A DNA stretch of 51,424 nucleotides from a virus. Its lineage: Duplodnaviria; Caudoviricetes. The translations under genes and the position numbers were made by a program. This document shows, piece by piece, positions 18,001 to 27,533 of the stretch; the first letter of the stretch is position 1; every line of letters begins with the position of its first letter. A model generated the notes under the pieces. That model searched no databases. It was not told the DNA's origin and worked only from the letters and a program-made list of their open reading frames with translations. The stretch spans positions 1 through 51,424 of IMG/VR virus record IMGVR_UViG_3300044878_000243; one strand, given 5' to 3'.

Positions 18001-20799
18001 GTCGTCGAGGGTCTTGTGCGAGTTGGCAATCACATAGGACGTGCCTTCGTGATAAACACCTTTGACTCCATTATGCAGGCCGTCAGCGAGAGCCTTTTCA
18101 CGCACCTTTGCAGGCAAGGCGTCGAACGATGGGACGATGTGTACGGCCTCCAGTTCTTTTTTGCCCTTGATCGCTTCGCGCAGCTCTTTATCCTTGCCTA
18201 CGCCATCGCCCTTGGTTTCACCATCAGCCCGACGATAGCGTGCGATTGTTTCGTCTGTTGGACGAATGAAGAACTCACGACCAACTTTGACGACTTTGTG
18301 GGTGTCCTTGAGGCCGAGCATTCCCATGGCATCCTTGGCGGAATCCTCGTTTTTGTACCGGTTTTTGCTGGCTGCATCAAAACTGTCGGCCCTGGCTTCA
18401 TCGCCCAGCAGGTCTGCTGCAGATTTGGTTTTCATGGACTCAGGCGATGCTTCTTTTGCCGCTTTGCTTCCAAAGAATGGCTTTTTGGTATCACCTTCTT
18501 TGAGCCAGGTTTTAAAGCTCTCTGCAGGCAGCTCGGATACCTTGCCTACTTTCCAGCCGGCGTCGAAATTCGAGCGATAAGCCTTAATGGCCGCTTCTTT
18601 GGAGTCGTAGCCCATCATGACTTTGTGTTCGTCGAACTTGCCATCAGCCTGGTGGATCTGATCAACGATGTAGACTTTGTCCGAGCTCGGGTTTTTGCCG
18701 ACGTACACGTCGACGTGATCGCCGTCCGCGCCAGTGGTGCCGCGAATGTACCCATAATGATCGGACATTTTGTGCGACCAGACCTTGCCGTTGCCGTCGA
18801 TTCCGCTTCGTTTCGAGCCAGCCGGATTTTCTACAGAGACATTGAGGCCATGGACACTGACTTTGCCTTTTTTGTAGTTGCCAGCCTCGATCTGCGCCTG
18901 CGTAGGTGCGGATACATCATTGCGATCAGAGGTCGCCGCCTGGTGCGCCGCAGCATCGAACTCGTCGGAAGCAACCTGGGAGTTGATGACGTCACGCAGC
19001 TCAGGCATTTTCATTTCGCCAGGCTGGATGCCAAGGTTTTTGGCGTATTGGCGAGCGACCACCAGGTTGCGATCCCAGCCCTTTGGAGCTTGGATGAGCT
19101 CGACCTTCGGCGCAGCCGGCTGCTCTACCGCAACTTCTGGGGTAGCTTCCGGCATTGAAGAAGCTGTATCCACGTTATCGACAGCGAGATCGTCAATTGA
19201 TTGGGAATCTTCTGGAATGCTTTGTGTTTCCAGTGTTTTGTCATCAATTGACGGCTCTGCAATTTCAGGAATCGCGCCGGCCTCAGCAGTTGGCTTGGCA
19301 TCGATTTCTTCTGGGTTCATGGCCTGAGTATCGACCGCAGGAGCAGCCTCAGTTTCTGGCGCGATCTCGGATGTGACGTCGTCAGCTGCCGGAATATCCT
19401 GATTTTCCTGGGCGACAGCAGGCTCTGCAGTGGTCTCAGGGGTCTCAGGGGTCTCTGCAGTCCCTTCGATGTCGAAACCATTGGCGATTGAGTAGCGAGA
19501 CAATGCGTCTTTTACAGCTTGATACTCTTCATCGCTGATGCCTTTATCTTCCTCGGAAAACAAAGCGTCCAGGTCTGCGTCGGACAGGGTTTCGCCGGAG
19601 TCGACCTTTTGCATCACGTCGGCAATAACTGGATTTTTACCCTGTACAACCTCTGGGGTTTCAGCGGCCTGAGCCGGCCCTGCCGAAGAATCAACAACAG
19701 GAGGTTGGTCAGGAGAGGAAGTGGTCTCTTCTTCGAACAAGTCCGACACATCCTGAGCAGGAGCGGCATCAGTCGACGGCTTGTGCTTGTTGAGTGGGTT
19801 TTTGTTCGCAAAGTCGATGATTTTGGATTCGATGGAATGCTTTGCCGAAGTTGCGCCACCCATAACGCCACCAGCTACGGCACCCTTGGCACCTTGGTCG
19901 AGCGCCTTGGCCTGGTCAATCTCCCGTTCCATTGCGACGTCACCGGCAGCAGACTGACCATAGCTCTCTACGGCTTCAGCAGGCGTATCCGCAGCGACAC
20001 CTTTTACCACGGCCTTGATCAAGCCTTCCGTGCCAGCACCGACCTTAGCGGCACCACCCAGACCTGCAGCACCAGTCACCGCAGTCAGCGGCGCGACGAT
20101 CAATGCAGCTGTGTTGGCCCGTTCGGTAGCGTAGTCGTCGAGTTCCTGACCCTTGAGACCATTGGCCTGACCTTCGACCAGTGCTTCCTTGTATGTGTCA
20201 TGGTACGACTCTGGCGTCGACATGAGCGAGTTCATCGCGCCGTAACCAGCTGGAACTGCTGCTTTTGCTCCCAAACCGGCTTTTACCAGGCCCTTGCCGA
20301 TCAAACCACCACCGACAAGCATTTGCGGGATCTGCGGCAGGGTTTCGAGGACGAGGCCGGCAGCCTGGCCAACGCTTGGCGCGCTGAGGGTAATGTCGCC
20401 ATTTTCGTCTTTGCCGACAATTTCCTTGTTTTTCATCGCCCGATAGCTATCAGACTCGAGGGTGTCAGCGTACTCGAGGGAGTCGTCGATGATACGCTTG
20501 GCTTTGCCGGTTACTGGGTTAGGCGCAACCATTTCAACGGCATCAGGAATCCACTTGATCGAGTGGATAGTGCCCTTTAGGGTGTCCATCGCCAGGCCAC
20601 CAGCCATTTGGCCAGCAGTGATCTCGCCGTCAGCAGAATTGTCTTCGAACTTCAGGCCTGTAACGCCAGGGTCTACAGGATTTTTGGAGTCCTCGGCGTA
20701 CATATCCCAGGGTGCGCGCACTTCTTCGGTGCCAGCGCTGGACACCGGGGCCTCTGAAGGCCCTTCTGTTTGTTGATATTGCTCCCACGGGCCGCTCAT
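15013..20799 (-). CDS. Large polyvalent internal virion protein (inorganic PPase-like, zincin-like and LPD38-like domains)
   Basis: AQIEAGNYKKG..HYGYIRGT.GADGDHVDV; VHEEVGH; C-terminal NARIQGLDK / IPKPFEVG; start MSGPWEQY follows GGAG. Confidence 0.85.
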   Translation of the reverse strand: MSGPWEQYQQTEGPSEAPVSSAGTEEVRAPWDMYAEDSKNPVDPGVTGLKFEDNSADGEITAGQMAGGLAMDTLKGTIHSIKWIPDAVEMVAPNPVTGKAKRIIDDSLEYADTLESDSYRAMKNKEIVGKDENGDITLSAPSVGQAAGLVLETLPQIPQMLVGGGLIGKGLVKAGLGAKAAVPAGYGAMNSLMSTPESYHDTYKEALVEGQANGLKGQELDDYATERANTAALIVAPLTAVTGAAGLGGAAKVGAGTEGLIKAVVKGVAADTPAEAVESYGQSAAGDVAMEREIDQAKALDQGAKGAVAGGVMGGATSAKHSIESKIIDFANKNPLNKHKPSTDAAPAQDVSDLFEEETTSSPDQPPVVDSSAGPAQAAETPEVVQGKNPVIADVMQKVDSGETLSDADLDALFSEEDKGISDEEYQAVKDALSRYSIANGFDIEGTAETPETPETTAEPAVAQENQDIPAADDVTSEIAPETEAAPAVDTQAMNPEEIDAKPTAEAGAIPEIAEPSIDDKTLETQSIPEDSQSIDDLAVDNVDTASSMPEATPEVAVEQPAAPKVELIQAPKGWDRNLVVARQYAKNLGIQPGEMKMPELRDVINSQVASDEFDAAAHQAATSDRNDVSAPTQAQIEAGNYKKGKVSVHGLNVSVENPAGSKRSGIDGNGKVWSHKMSDHYGYIRGTTGADGDHVDVYVGKNPSSDKVYIVDQIHQADGKFDEHKVMMGYDSKEAAIKAYRSNFDAGWKVGKVSELPAESFKTWLKEGDTKKPFFGSKAAKEASPESMKTKSAADLLGDEARADSFDAASKNRYKNEDSAKDAMGMLGLKDTHKVVKVGREFFIRPTDETIARYRRADGETKGDGVGKDKELREAIKGKKELEAVHIVPSFDALPAKVREKALADGLHNGVKGVYHEGTSYVIANSHKTLDDAIMTVVHEEVGHRGIHAVLKETITPVMDSIYSSTASKAAGKAELDRIRAEYASSLKGKTMAEQRSIIAEEYVAGIIEKGGRATVVDRFIAGMRSALRSVFPNKVRWSNTDILSLAERSRRWLTKQNEASFRNAESDMTELEREVWRKTGGTPVKESALDYFRRKADRAGLKFRQGVVDKYAALKEMDIKLHGTEFLSKAIHSSAWVRARMSPTAAGVIEGMLNYGRVKWDANEQVMDMRGDGSLGLGSVLNRLGDAHEIDRFFRWIAGNRAEILKEQGRENLLNDQEIAVLKNYHAGKTESGADRASLYRDVYSEFKQYRDDVLEMAENTGVISAETRAMWRDEFYVPFYRVAEKPEYNGPTAEKGLTRTDAIKQLKGGTEHLNDLLTNTINNFHHLVDNSLRNVASTQALKNAEKLGIAKEVTVDERDWDTSTYIMRDGKRVFYEVNDPLVFEAIAAMIDPGSNSKVVNAMAGFKRVFTQSTTVTPQFIVANLIRDALAAPAASKVGFNPLKNTAQGIAVWKDREKRARMIVSGASFHYGNTSSTDAKAIRKTMKDSMSKAQIVEDTSKVGEMLQKGWDHSYGAIMEATENASRAAIWEQNLSKGKLAAAFEARDLMDFSANGSWAATRFLIRTVPFLNARIQGLDKLYRGGVVPTVKTIFGKGTASDKAAAARFSVVTGALSIASMMLRMVNEDDEEYKKLDDWQKDSYWFIRAGDNAYFIPKPFEVGSIATLTERLLEQVIDDEATPKDFGKAMWFTLTQTFGFSPVPQAVGPAMESYFNYNSFSGRPIETPNMQKMDVDMRSRLDTTRVAKGLSKLSGDTISPVKADALINGYLGQVGGWGAGMVDAIWDAASGKKGASKSVFEYQPFKRFYRDTSKPEAYNRYTGMFYDALTETQRAYVTATELRDQGKAKEALEYAQEHKDKMGQYKILAGVSSKMSKISKAQEDIKHSDLDSDAKRRELDRLQLIKNNLSEIAAKKLVIPAKLKEANK

Positions 20800-20800
20800 A

Positions 20801-22312
20801 TCAGATTTTGCTCCAGTTGGATTGTCTTGCTGGGTCTCCGCCGTGATACTTAAATCCATTGATTACTTCGCCTGGATTTGGAGTTTTCAAGGGCGCAGAT
20901 CGTTTCGGGGCAGCAATAGCTGGGACATCAATCCTAACAGATGCACTATCGTCCTGTTGAGCGGCAGAACCGTCGTATTTACCGTAAATTGACTCTTTCT
21001 GAGCTCGCAATGCATCAGACTTAGACTGATTGGCTTTCTTTTCCTCGTCAGACATTGTCCATGCGTTGTCTTCAAGATTTTTATCAACACCCTTCAGTTG
21101 CGCATTGATATCTTTCAGGCGTGCATTGTCGATAGCAGATATCTTGACCTGACCTTCTGCTTTGGCTGCGGCGGCTGCCTTAGCTGTTACGCCAGCCTTC
21201 CGCTCACCAGTCAGCGAGTTTTCTTGGTAGCGAACACCATCTTCGTCAACGCCTTGAATCCACTTGCCTTTGTCTGTAGGCGAAGTTGTCTTATTGCCAG
21301 TATTTCCTAGCTTAAGTGCCAGAGGACTGTCCGGATGTTCGTCGATAAACTTCTGACGTGCCTCGAGCGTCTGAAGCTCACGATCAGCAGGGCTCACGGT
21401 CGCTCTCGAGGATCCCTGGCGGCCAAGACTAGGCTTGAATGCGGCCTGGTAAGCCTGCTCGTCAGACATGCCGTTTGCCCGCAGGAAGTCAAAGTTCTGC
21501 TGCTGAGCAGTACCCCTTTGAACTGGAGCTCGGCCAAGGACTGGATACAACTTGCCATCCTGGTCGCGCTGCATGACCGAGCCATCAGGGCCGTCCACTT
21601 GCTCATACGACTTTGTCTGAGGCGCCATGCCAATAGCTCTTGCATATGCGAGCTCATTTGCTGACAAACCTCCTTGCTGGCTCCTCCTGGCCTGAATCGC
21701 AGGAGCCAGGGTCGATTGCAACGATCTGGTGGCCTGAGCCGTATTGACGAGGTCAGCGATAGGGATCTGCATGATTTCGTCGTCGGCATCTGCGCTTCGA
21801 CGCTGAGTCATTGGCGCATGACGCTTGTTGCCGTCAGCGTCGGTAACTTCGAGATCCAGCACAACGGTGTCCGGGGTCTTGCCTGGGAAAATGCCAGAGA
21901 CACGGCGATGCAGGCCATCGTCTTTTTGGATTAATGGCTGATAAAGTGCGTCGAGGTGCTGCGCGGTTTCGTCGCTAAATAGCGTGCCCTTGCCCTCGGC
22001 CAAGCCCTGGGCATAGTCCGTGGCCGCGATGGTTTTGTCGTCTGCGAGATGATCGAACTTCATCATCGGATTGCGCTTGTAAAAGTCCTGAACCTGCGGA
22101 TCATTCTCGTCCACATTGATGCCATTCATTTTTGCGGCGATCAGTTGGGTGCCGAAATCCTTGTCCAGTTTACGCTGTGCAGCGGTCTTTTGGATGTCAT
22201 AGTTTTCCTTGCGCATTTGCTGCTCGGTGTTTGCACGAGCATTTTGTTCGCGGCCACGGATAAACCCGTCAGCCATTTGAAAACCCTGGGTGAAGCCTTC
22301 CAATCCAGCCAT
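20801..22312 (-). CDS. Putative DNA ejection / internal virion protein
   Basis: 503 aa, GF.QGF N-terminus, GFKYHGGDPARQSNW tail; position before the giant gene. Confidence 0.65.
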   Translation of the reverse strand: MAGLEGFTQGFQMADGFIRGREQNARANTEQQMRKENYDIQKTAAQRKLDKDFGTQLIAAKMNGINVDENDPQVQDFYKRNPMMKFDHLADDKTIAATDYAQGLAEGKGTLFSDETAQHLDALYQPLIQKDDGLHRRVSGIFPGKTPDTVVLDLEVTDADGNKRHAPMTQRRSADADDEIMQIPIADLVNTAQATRSLQSTLAPAIQARRSQQGGLSANELAYARAIGMAPQTKSYEQVDGPDGSVMQRDQDGKLYPVLGRAPVQRGTAQQQNFDFLRANGMSDEQAYQAAFKPSLGRQGSSRATVSPADRELQTLEARQKFIDEHPDSPLALKLGNTGNKTTSPTDKGKWIQGVDEDGVRYQENSLTGERKAGVTAKAAAAAKAEGQVKISAIDNARLKDINAQLKGVDKNLEDNAWTMSDEEKKANQSKSDALRAQKESIYGKYDGSAAQQDDSASVRIDVPAIAAPKRSAPLKTPNPGEVINGFKYHGGDPARQSNWSKI

Positions 22313-22337
22313 TAGTTGCCTCCCGGCAATGTTTTAT

Positions 22338-22604
22338 TCACATGAAGCTGCCGAGAAGGAAGCCGATACCTGCGCCGATGCCGCCACCGGCAGCCTGCCC
22401 CATCATTGTGCTGCCGAAGGAACTACCGATCATGGCGCCACTGGTGGCCAGGCCGATCTGAGCCTGCTGCTTCTGCTCTTTACGAGCGTCTTCTTGCGCC
22501 TGATTGAGCTGTTGCTGCTGCTTCTGCTGAGAGGCGAGATTGGTGAGCGAGTTCATGGTCTCGCCCTTGAGTTGCTGATTGAGGCCTAGCAGTCCGAAAC
22601 CCAT
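22338..22604 (-). CDS. Small virion protein with glycine zipper
   Basis: Q-rich coil plus GAMIG..GGGIGAGIGFLLG. Confidence 0.65.
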   Translation of the reverse strand: MGFGLLGLNQQLKGETMNSLTNLASQQKQQQQLNQAQEDARKEQKQQAQIGLATSGAMIGSSFGSTMMGQAAGGGIGAGIGFLLGSFM

Positions 22605-23026
22605 TAGTTCATTCCTGTAGTAGGTACGTTACTCATGCCACCAGAGCCCGCCAGGACTTGATCCTGCAGGTCACGAGCCGCGATCTTGGCTTGGTTGTAC
22701 GCACTGATGGAATCAGCCGCACGGCCCACAGCAAGGCCCCTGGTTTCGGCTTGTTGCTGTGCACCATTTAGCGCCAGGCCCATGCCAGCACGTTGCATCT
22801 GCAAAGACTTGGCCGTGTTGACGCCGGCAATGTTGGCAGCGTTGGCTGCAATAGCGCCCTGCTTGTCACCGTAAGTGGTGTCACTCGCGAAGGCAGCCGC
22901 CTTTTTGGTATAGGGTGCGTAGCGGGCTTTCCAATCGTCCCATTCCGCCCTATACATCACGCCCAGCAAGTTCTGCGCGCCATCATCGCCGCTAAACGCG
23001 GCGTTTGGATCCAAATAAAAAGCCAT
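22604..23026 (-). CDS. Putative internal virion protein
   Basis: A/Q-rich helical ORF tightly packed in the late operon. Confidence 0.65.
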   Translation of the reverse strand: MAFYLDPNAAFSGDDGAQNLLGVMYRAEWDDWKARYAPYTKKAAAFASDTTYGDKQGAIAANAANIAGVNTAKSLQMQRAGMGLALNGAQQQAETRGLAVGRAADSISAYNQAKIAARDLQDQVLAGSGGMSNVPTTGMN

Positions 23027-23029
23027 GGA

Positions 23030-23680
23030 TTAGTTGCCTCCCAGGTTCAGGCCAGCGCCCAGCTTGCTGTTGTTGTAAGCATTCTGTGCAGTCTCGCCAA
23101 GCCAACCATTACCGGCAGCTGCAAGGCCCACACGGGTTGCTCCACCGGCCAGAGTACCCAGCAACTGCAAGTTGGATTGGTTGCGGCTAAATGCCTGTCT
23201 GGAGTCGGCCATGGCGTCTTTGGACGAGGCGTTTGCAATGTCGCCCAGGCCGTTGGTGGCCATGGTCTCTTTGCCAGCACCGAGCGCGATGACGTTCTGC
23301 AGACCCTTGGTCTTTTCGATCTGCTGCTGGAATTGCGCTCGGCCCATGGTCTCACCGCCGTTGCTTGCGGACTGATCTGCGAGCTGGGTTTGAGTGCCAA
23401 TGAACCGACCGGAGTTCGGATTGATGCCGGCCTGGCCGAGCTGTTGCGTGACCTTTTGCGTGTTATTGCCAAGGCTTGCCTGGTTCGCTTGGTTGGTCAC
23501 ACCGCGCAAATAACTGTTACGTGAGGCTGAGTCGAGGTCGTCGACACGCTTCATGTACAAGTCTTCTAATGGAGCCAAATTGTCTTGCGCAAAATTCCAC
23601 TTTTCAGCCGCAATCTGCGCCATATAGCGCTGCTCAGGCGTGTCCGTGATCTTGGTGTCGTCGTCGCCGCCGCCGCTCAT
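23030..23680 (-). CDS. Putative internal virion protein
   Basis: MSGGG start, GINPNSGRF motif. Confidence 0.65.
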   Translation of the reverse strand: MSGGGDDDTKITDTPEQRYMAQIAAEKWNFAQDNLAPLEDLYMKRVDDLDSASRNSYLRGVTNQANQASLGNNTQKVTQQLGQAGINPNSGRFIGTQTQLADQSASNGGETMGRAQFQQQIEKTKGLQNVIALGAGKETMATNGLGDIANASSKDAMADSRQAFSRNQSNLQLLGTLAGGATRVGLAAAGNGWLGETAQNAYNNSKLGAGLNLGGN

Positions 23681-24144
23681 GAGCGATCTCCCGTGTTTAG
23701 TTTGTCGATGTAATCAACCAGGGTTTCGTCGTGAAAAAAGCGGCGGATCTCAACCGACACTTCCTGCATCCAAACGTACCCACCAACGATTCCGGCCACC
23801 TGGACAACCACGCTTGTTAGCTGGTCGCGAAGCACGTAGGCCAGGGTCTTGCCGTGACGGTCACCTTCACGCTCAAGGTCGACTGAGTCTTTCCAGTCTT
23901 GCAGGGCGGAGGCCATCATTGCGCGCAAATGAACGTCGTTCGCTCGGTAAAAAGGATTCGAGGGGAGATCGATGAGGGCCAGAAAAAAGGCGTGATGGAT
24001 CGTCGAATCTGCGACGGGTTTGTCCCTGTCGATCAGATCGTCGAGGGTTTGCGAGATGCGAAACAGGCTCTCGCAAAAGACGACAGCGGACATGTCGTTT
24101 TGCAGCACACCGCGCAGGAAAGTGCGTTCTCTGGAGTCTTGCAT
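23677..24144 (-). CDS. Phage hypothetical protein
   Basis: TLDDLIDRD..LPSNPFY; GGGAG RBS; ATGA overlap with the next gene. Confidence 0.7.
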   Translation of the reverse strand: MQDSRERTFLRGVLQNDMSAVVFCESLFRISQTLDDLIDRDKPVADSTIHHAFFLALIDLPSNPFYRANDVHLRAMMASALQDWKDSVDLEREGDRHGKTLAYVLRDQLTSVVVQVAGIVGGYVWMQEVSVEIRRFFHDETLVDYIDKLNTGDRS

Positions 24145-24186
24145 CAATGTCTCCCGACATGGATTTACTACACATTGACAAGTGTA

Positions 24187-25137
24187 TCAGATGTGTATTT
24201 TTGTGAATATTGAAATATCAGATATATTTGCAGTGACGTCTGGGCATTGCCACTCAATTGACAACATATAAGTCCCCGCAGGAACCGATTTTGCAAATGC
24301 CATTTTAGGCGAATAATTGACATTGACGGTAAAGTCAGAGGATACCGATACCCCGTTTAGGAGCAGTCTAACGTCGTGCGGAGTGGCATCAGGGCCGCCG
24401 ATCTTGGTGTTTGCGATGACTTCCAGGATGCCTGGAGAATCGACTGTCACGACCTGCGAGACCAGCTCGACAAAGGCGCCCGTGCCGGCCACAGGCCCTG
24501 GGATCTCCTTGATCGTCGGGGCCACGACCCGCTTACCAAGTTGCTCCGTCAGATGTTCGAAAGAGATCTTTTTTACGAGAGCGCTAAGTATCTGAGTCGT
24601 ATCGTCATTTCGTGTCGCAAGTACGCCACTCGAAGCATTAAATGAGCCCTCCACTCCCGCAGTGGTAGTAAAGGAAATCCAGTAAAAGAACTCTGAATGA
24701 TCATCAAAAGGAGGAATAAAGTCAGCAGATTGGCCACCAAGGGACTTTGCCACGATTCGGGCGGTTGATTGATTGTTTTCGGTCGAGCGATAGATGTTCG
24801 TGCAACCGTGGTTTTTGTAGGTCGGCAAGGCCCAACTGAGGTTGATCAGGCCAAAGGATCCGGGTGTAGCGACAAGGCCCTCAGGCGCCGGTGGAGCCGT
24901 AAAATTCTTGGTCAGATCATCAACTGTAGGCGCGACCAGGCCGGCCTTGGTATTACCCGCAACCTTAGCCTTGGCGAGGCCGAAATCGACGAGATCACGG
25001 TGCGTGACTTTACGATCCAAAGGGTCGCCACGGACGCCCTCAGAGATCTCGAGATTCTCGACAATTGACTGCAATAACGGCCTAAGTTCCTGAGGGATTT
25101 TTGCCGAAACTGCAGGAAAAGATGTTTTCTTTGCCAT
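24187..25137 (-). CDS. Tail-associated protein with FN3-like domain
   Basis: PPAPEGL..INLSW..NIYRS..FYWISF; TGATG coupling to the upstream gene. Confidence 0.65.
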   Translation of the reverse strand: MAKKTSFPAVSAKIPQELRPLLQSIVENLEISEGVRGDPLDRKVTHRDLVDFGLAKAKVAGNTKAGLVAPTVDDLTKNFTAPPAPEGLVATPGSFGLINLSWALPTYKNHGCTNIYRSTENNQSTARIVAKSLGGQSADFIPPFDDHSEFFYWISFTTTAGVEGSFNASSGVLATRNDDTTQILSALVKKISFEHLTEQLGKRVVAPTIKEIPGPVAGTGAFVELVSQVVTVDSPGILEVIANTKIGGPDATPHDVRLLLNGVSVSSDFTVNVNYSPKMAFAKSVPAGTYMLSIEWQCPDVTANISDISIFTKIHI

Positions 25138-27533
25138 CAAACAAGCTCACTTGGGGACGATGCAACCTGGATGGACTTGATCTCTACATTGCCGGCGAGC
25201 TCAATTTCGATATCCCTTACCCCTGAAAAACCTGGTGGCAGTCGGAACATATCCCGGCTGGTGACCTGGGCCTCGAAGAACTTCTGTCCGTCACCGTACA
25301 GGCGAAACGTCGCTGGATACTGCGTTGCAATGAGCTTGCCACACGTCAAACCCGATGCGCCAGGCGGCACTTCGTAGATCTTGGATTTCCAGCGCATCTT
25401 CATTGCGCCGCCCTTTCTCCAGCCATAAATCTTGCCGGCGTCAAGGATGTAGAGGTCGTCCTTGTACAGGTCGTAGTACCCGTAATCTGCCTTGATGTCG
25501 TAGAACTGGAAGCCTTCATTTGCGGCAAAGCTAAAGCACCCTCCCTCGTAAAATGCGAGGTATTTGCCATCGTGGCGATAGGCATGGATGGTTTCTGGCT
25601 TGAGCTCTTTCCACTGATCCGCCGTCATCGCTGCCGCCGTCATCAGGCTTGCATCACCACCACTGATGGCAACCAGGCCTTCGGTGCTTGCGTACACCGC
25701 AAAGTCGCCCATGTCGACGATGGATCGGCCAGAAACGCAGGGGAAATCGCAATCGATGATGTTGTCCGACATTGCCGAAGGGGACGACCCGGAGATCACG
25801 TGTGGCCGGCCCTTGGTTGCGACGATAATACCGCCCGAGACGGCGCAGATGCCCATGATTTCATCGGTAAAGGCGAGCTGGTAAGGCACCGGCCATGCGT
25901 GGGGGTAAAAGGCCTCACTGAAGCACAGAGTGTTGTCGAAATACCCCGCCAGGAATCCACCAGGAATGTCCTTCAGGCCAACCATCCGAGCATCTGGCGG
26001 CGCCCAGTCCGTTGATGGCAGGTTTGTCCCCAAATCTTCGCTTTTAACGTCGTCTTTGAACGTCAACTGCGAAGCTGGGACGTCGGCAACGAATTGAAAA
26101 ACGCCGGACGTTTCGGTGCGGTAGATCCTCTTCGTCACGATGTTTTTGTAGCCTTCCGGGATCGCTGGAAGGTTTAGATTTACATAGCCGCCTGCCGGCG
26201 AAGTGGCGACTGAATCCCAGCGCTCCGCTCTCTCGCTTGGCGCAGATGGAGGGCCCTCCTCACCGAATCGGGTGATGTACGTAATGACGTAAGCGGTTTG
26301 CACTGACGTCAGTTGGGACTCGACTGCTGGGCGATCCGGGTAAGTAAACGAGACGACGCCGCGCACCTGGGGCACGCCAACGGTATCATCACCACCTCCG
26401 CCGCCTGTGGACAGAGTGGCGCCCAGGTTGGCAGTATCGACCGAGTCGGTAAAGTACGATTGCCAGAATTCAAGCTGGGCCACGAGCCTGTAGAAGCCGG
26501 AGAGTTCGGCCCTGTAGATTCGCTTGTAAGCAACAGACGTGTAGCCAGCCGGGACTAACGGGAGGTTAAGAAACACGAAACCGCCAGTCGCTCGACCAGA
26601 AACGTCATCCCAACGCTTAACTGAAGCGCTCGCGCTGGATGGTTCACTCTCCTGGCCGTTTTTGCCCACAAATGTCATCACATACGTGGCGTCAACAGAA
26701 TAAGCTTCAGTCTCTTCGCCACGGTCTGGCGTAGTTGTTGTGATCTGGCCGCTGACCTTCTTGGGGATCTCCGTTGATGGGTCAACAACGGGCTGTGCGG
26801 GCAGTTCAGCGCCAAGGCTCGCAGTCGGAATGTCGTCGACATAAGTCATCTGAGACGCCGGCACGGACGCCACGAACTTGAAGACACCATTGCCCTCGGA
26901 ACGGTAGATCTTCTTCGACGTAATCGTTGAATTTCCAGCAGGAACTGCGGGCAGCTCGAGGTTGACGTAGCCGCCTGCGGGGTTTTCCGCATTGGTATCC
27001 CAGCGCTTTGCATCGGCACTTCTGAGCGATGCGACACCCTCGACACCGCCACCAACAAAGGTCATGACGTAGGCCGCTGTGACGCCAATGTTGGTCGATG
27101 TGGAGCTGCGATCAGGGTAGTAAAATGTGACGATTCCATCGGCGTAAGGGACGCCAAGGTCAAAGCCAGACCCGTACACTGGGTACGAGCCAGCGCCGGC
27201 CACCATTTCCGGCAAGCTACCGATCTTTGGAGCTCCATCGCCCGTCCAATAGACGCGCTTATGGATATCATCGGCCAGGGGTGACTTGACCACGTCGACA
27301 TGCTTGTTCCACGAAAACCAATAGTCCTGTGAACCAGAGCGATTGAGGTAATGGAACACCGATTTTACGTTCGGCACCAGGTTCAGGCCGGTAATCTCTT
27401 TTGTGCCCAACTCTGGCTTCAAAGTACCCTTTTTCAGGTAGGCATTACGGGCCTCCTGGGCATTGATATCAGGCAACATCGTCGGGTCGACCGCAGGCAG
27501 TTGGCCACGGAATCCGGCTATGGCAATTTTCAT
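25137..27533 (-). CDS. Tail nozzle / stabilization protein with three internal repeats
   Basis: RVYWTGDGAPK, LCFSEAFYPHAWP, MRWKSK; three ~115-130 aa repeats. Confidence 0.75.
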   Translation of the reverse strand: MKIAIAGFRGQLPAVDPTMLPDINAQEARNAYLKKGTLKPELGTKEITGLNLVPNVKSVFHYLNRSGSQDYWFSWNKHVDVVKSPLADDIHKRVYWTGDGAPKIGSLPEMVAGAGSYPVYGSGFDLGVPYADGIVTFYYPDRSSTSTNIGVTAAYVMTFVGGGVEGVASLRSADAKRWDTNAENPAGGYVNLELPAVPAGNSTITSKKIYRSEGNGVFKFVASVPASQMTYVDDIPTASLGAELPAQPVVDPSTEIPKKVSGQITTTTPDRGEETEAYSVDATYVMTFVGKNGQESEPSSASASVKRWDDVSGRATGGFVFLNLPLVPAGYTSVAYKRIYRAELSGFYRLVAQLEFWQSYFTDSVDTANLGATLSTGGGGGDDTVGVPQVRGVVSFTYPDRPAVESQLTSVQTAYVITYITRFGEEGPPSAPSERAERWDSVATSPAGGYVNLNLPAIPEGYKNIVTKRIYRTETSGVFQFVADVPASQLTFKDDVKSEDLGTNLPSTDWAPPDARMVGLKDIPGGFLAGYFDNTLCFSEAFYPHAWPVPYQLAFTDEIMGICAVSGGIIVATKGRPHVISGSSPSAMSDNIIDCDFPCVSGRSIVDMGDFAVYASTEGLVAISGGDASLMTAAAMTADQWKELKPETIHAYRHDGKYLAFYEGGCFSFAANEGFQFYDIKADYGYYDLYKDDLYILDAGKIYGWRKGGAMKMRWKSKIYEVPPGASGLTCGKLIATQYPATFRLYGDGQKFFEAQVTSRDMFRLPPGFSGVRDIEIELAGNVEIKSIQVASSPSELV

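Noticed and set aside
17812-20580. Long plus-strand ORFs (448 aa and 353 aa)
   Set aside because: Antisense shadows of the giant late gene with no recognisable motifs; the same applies to 39140-40063 and 35928-36785
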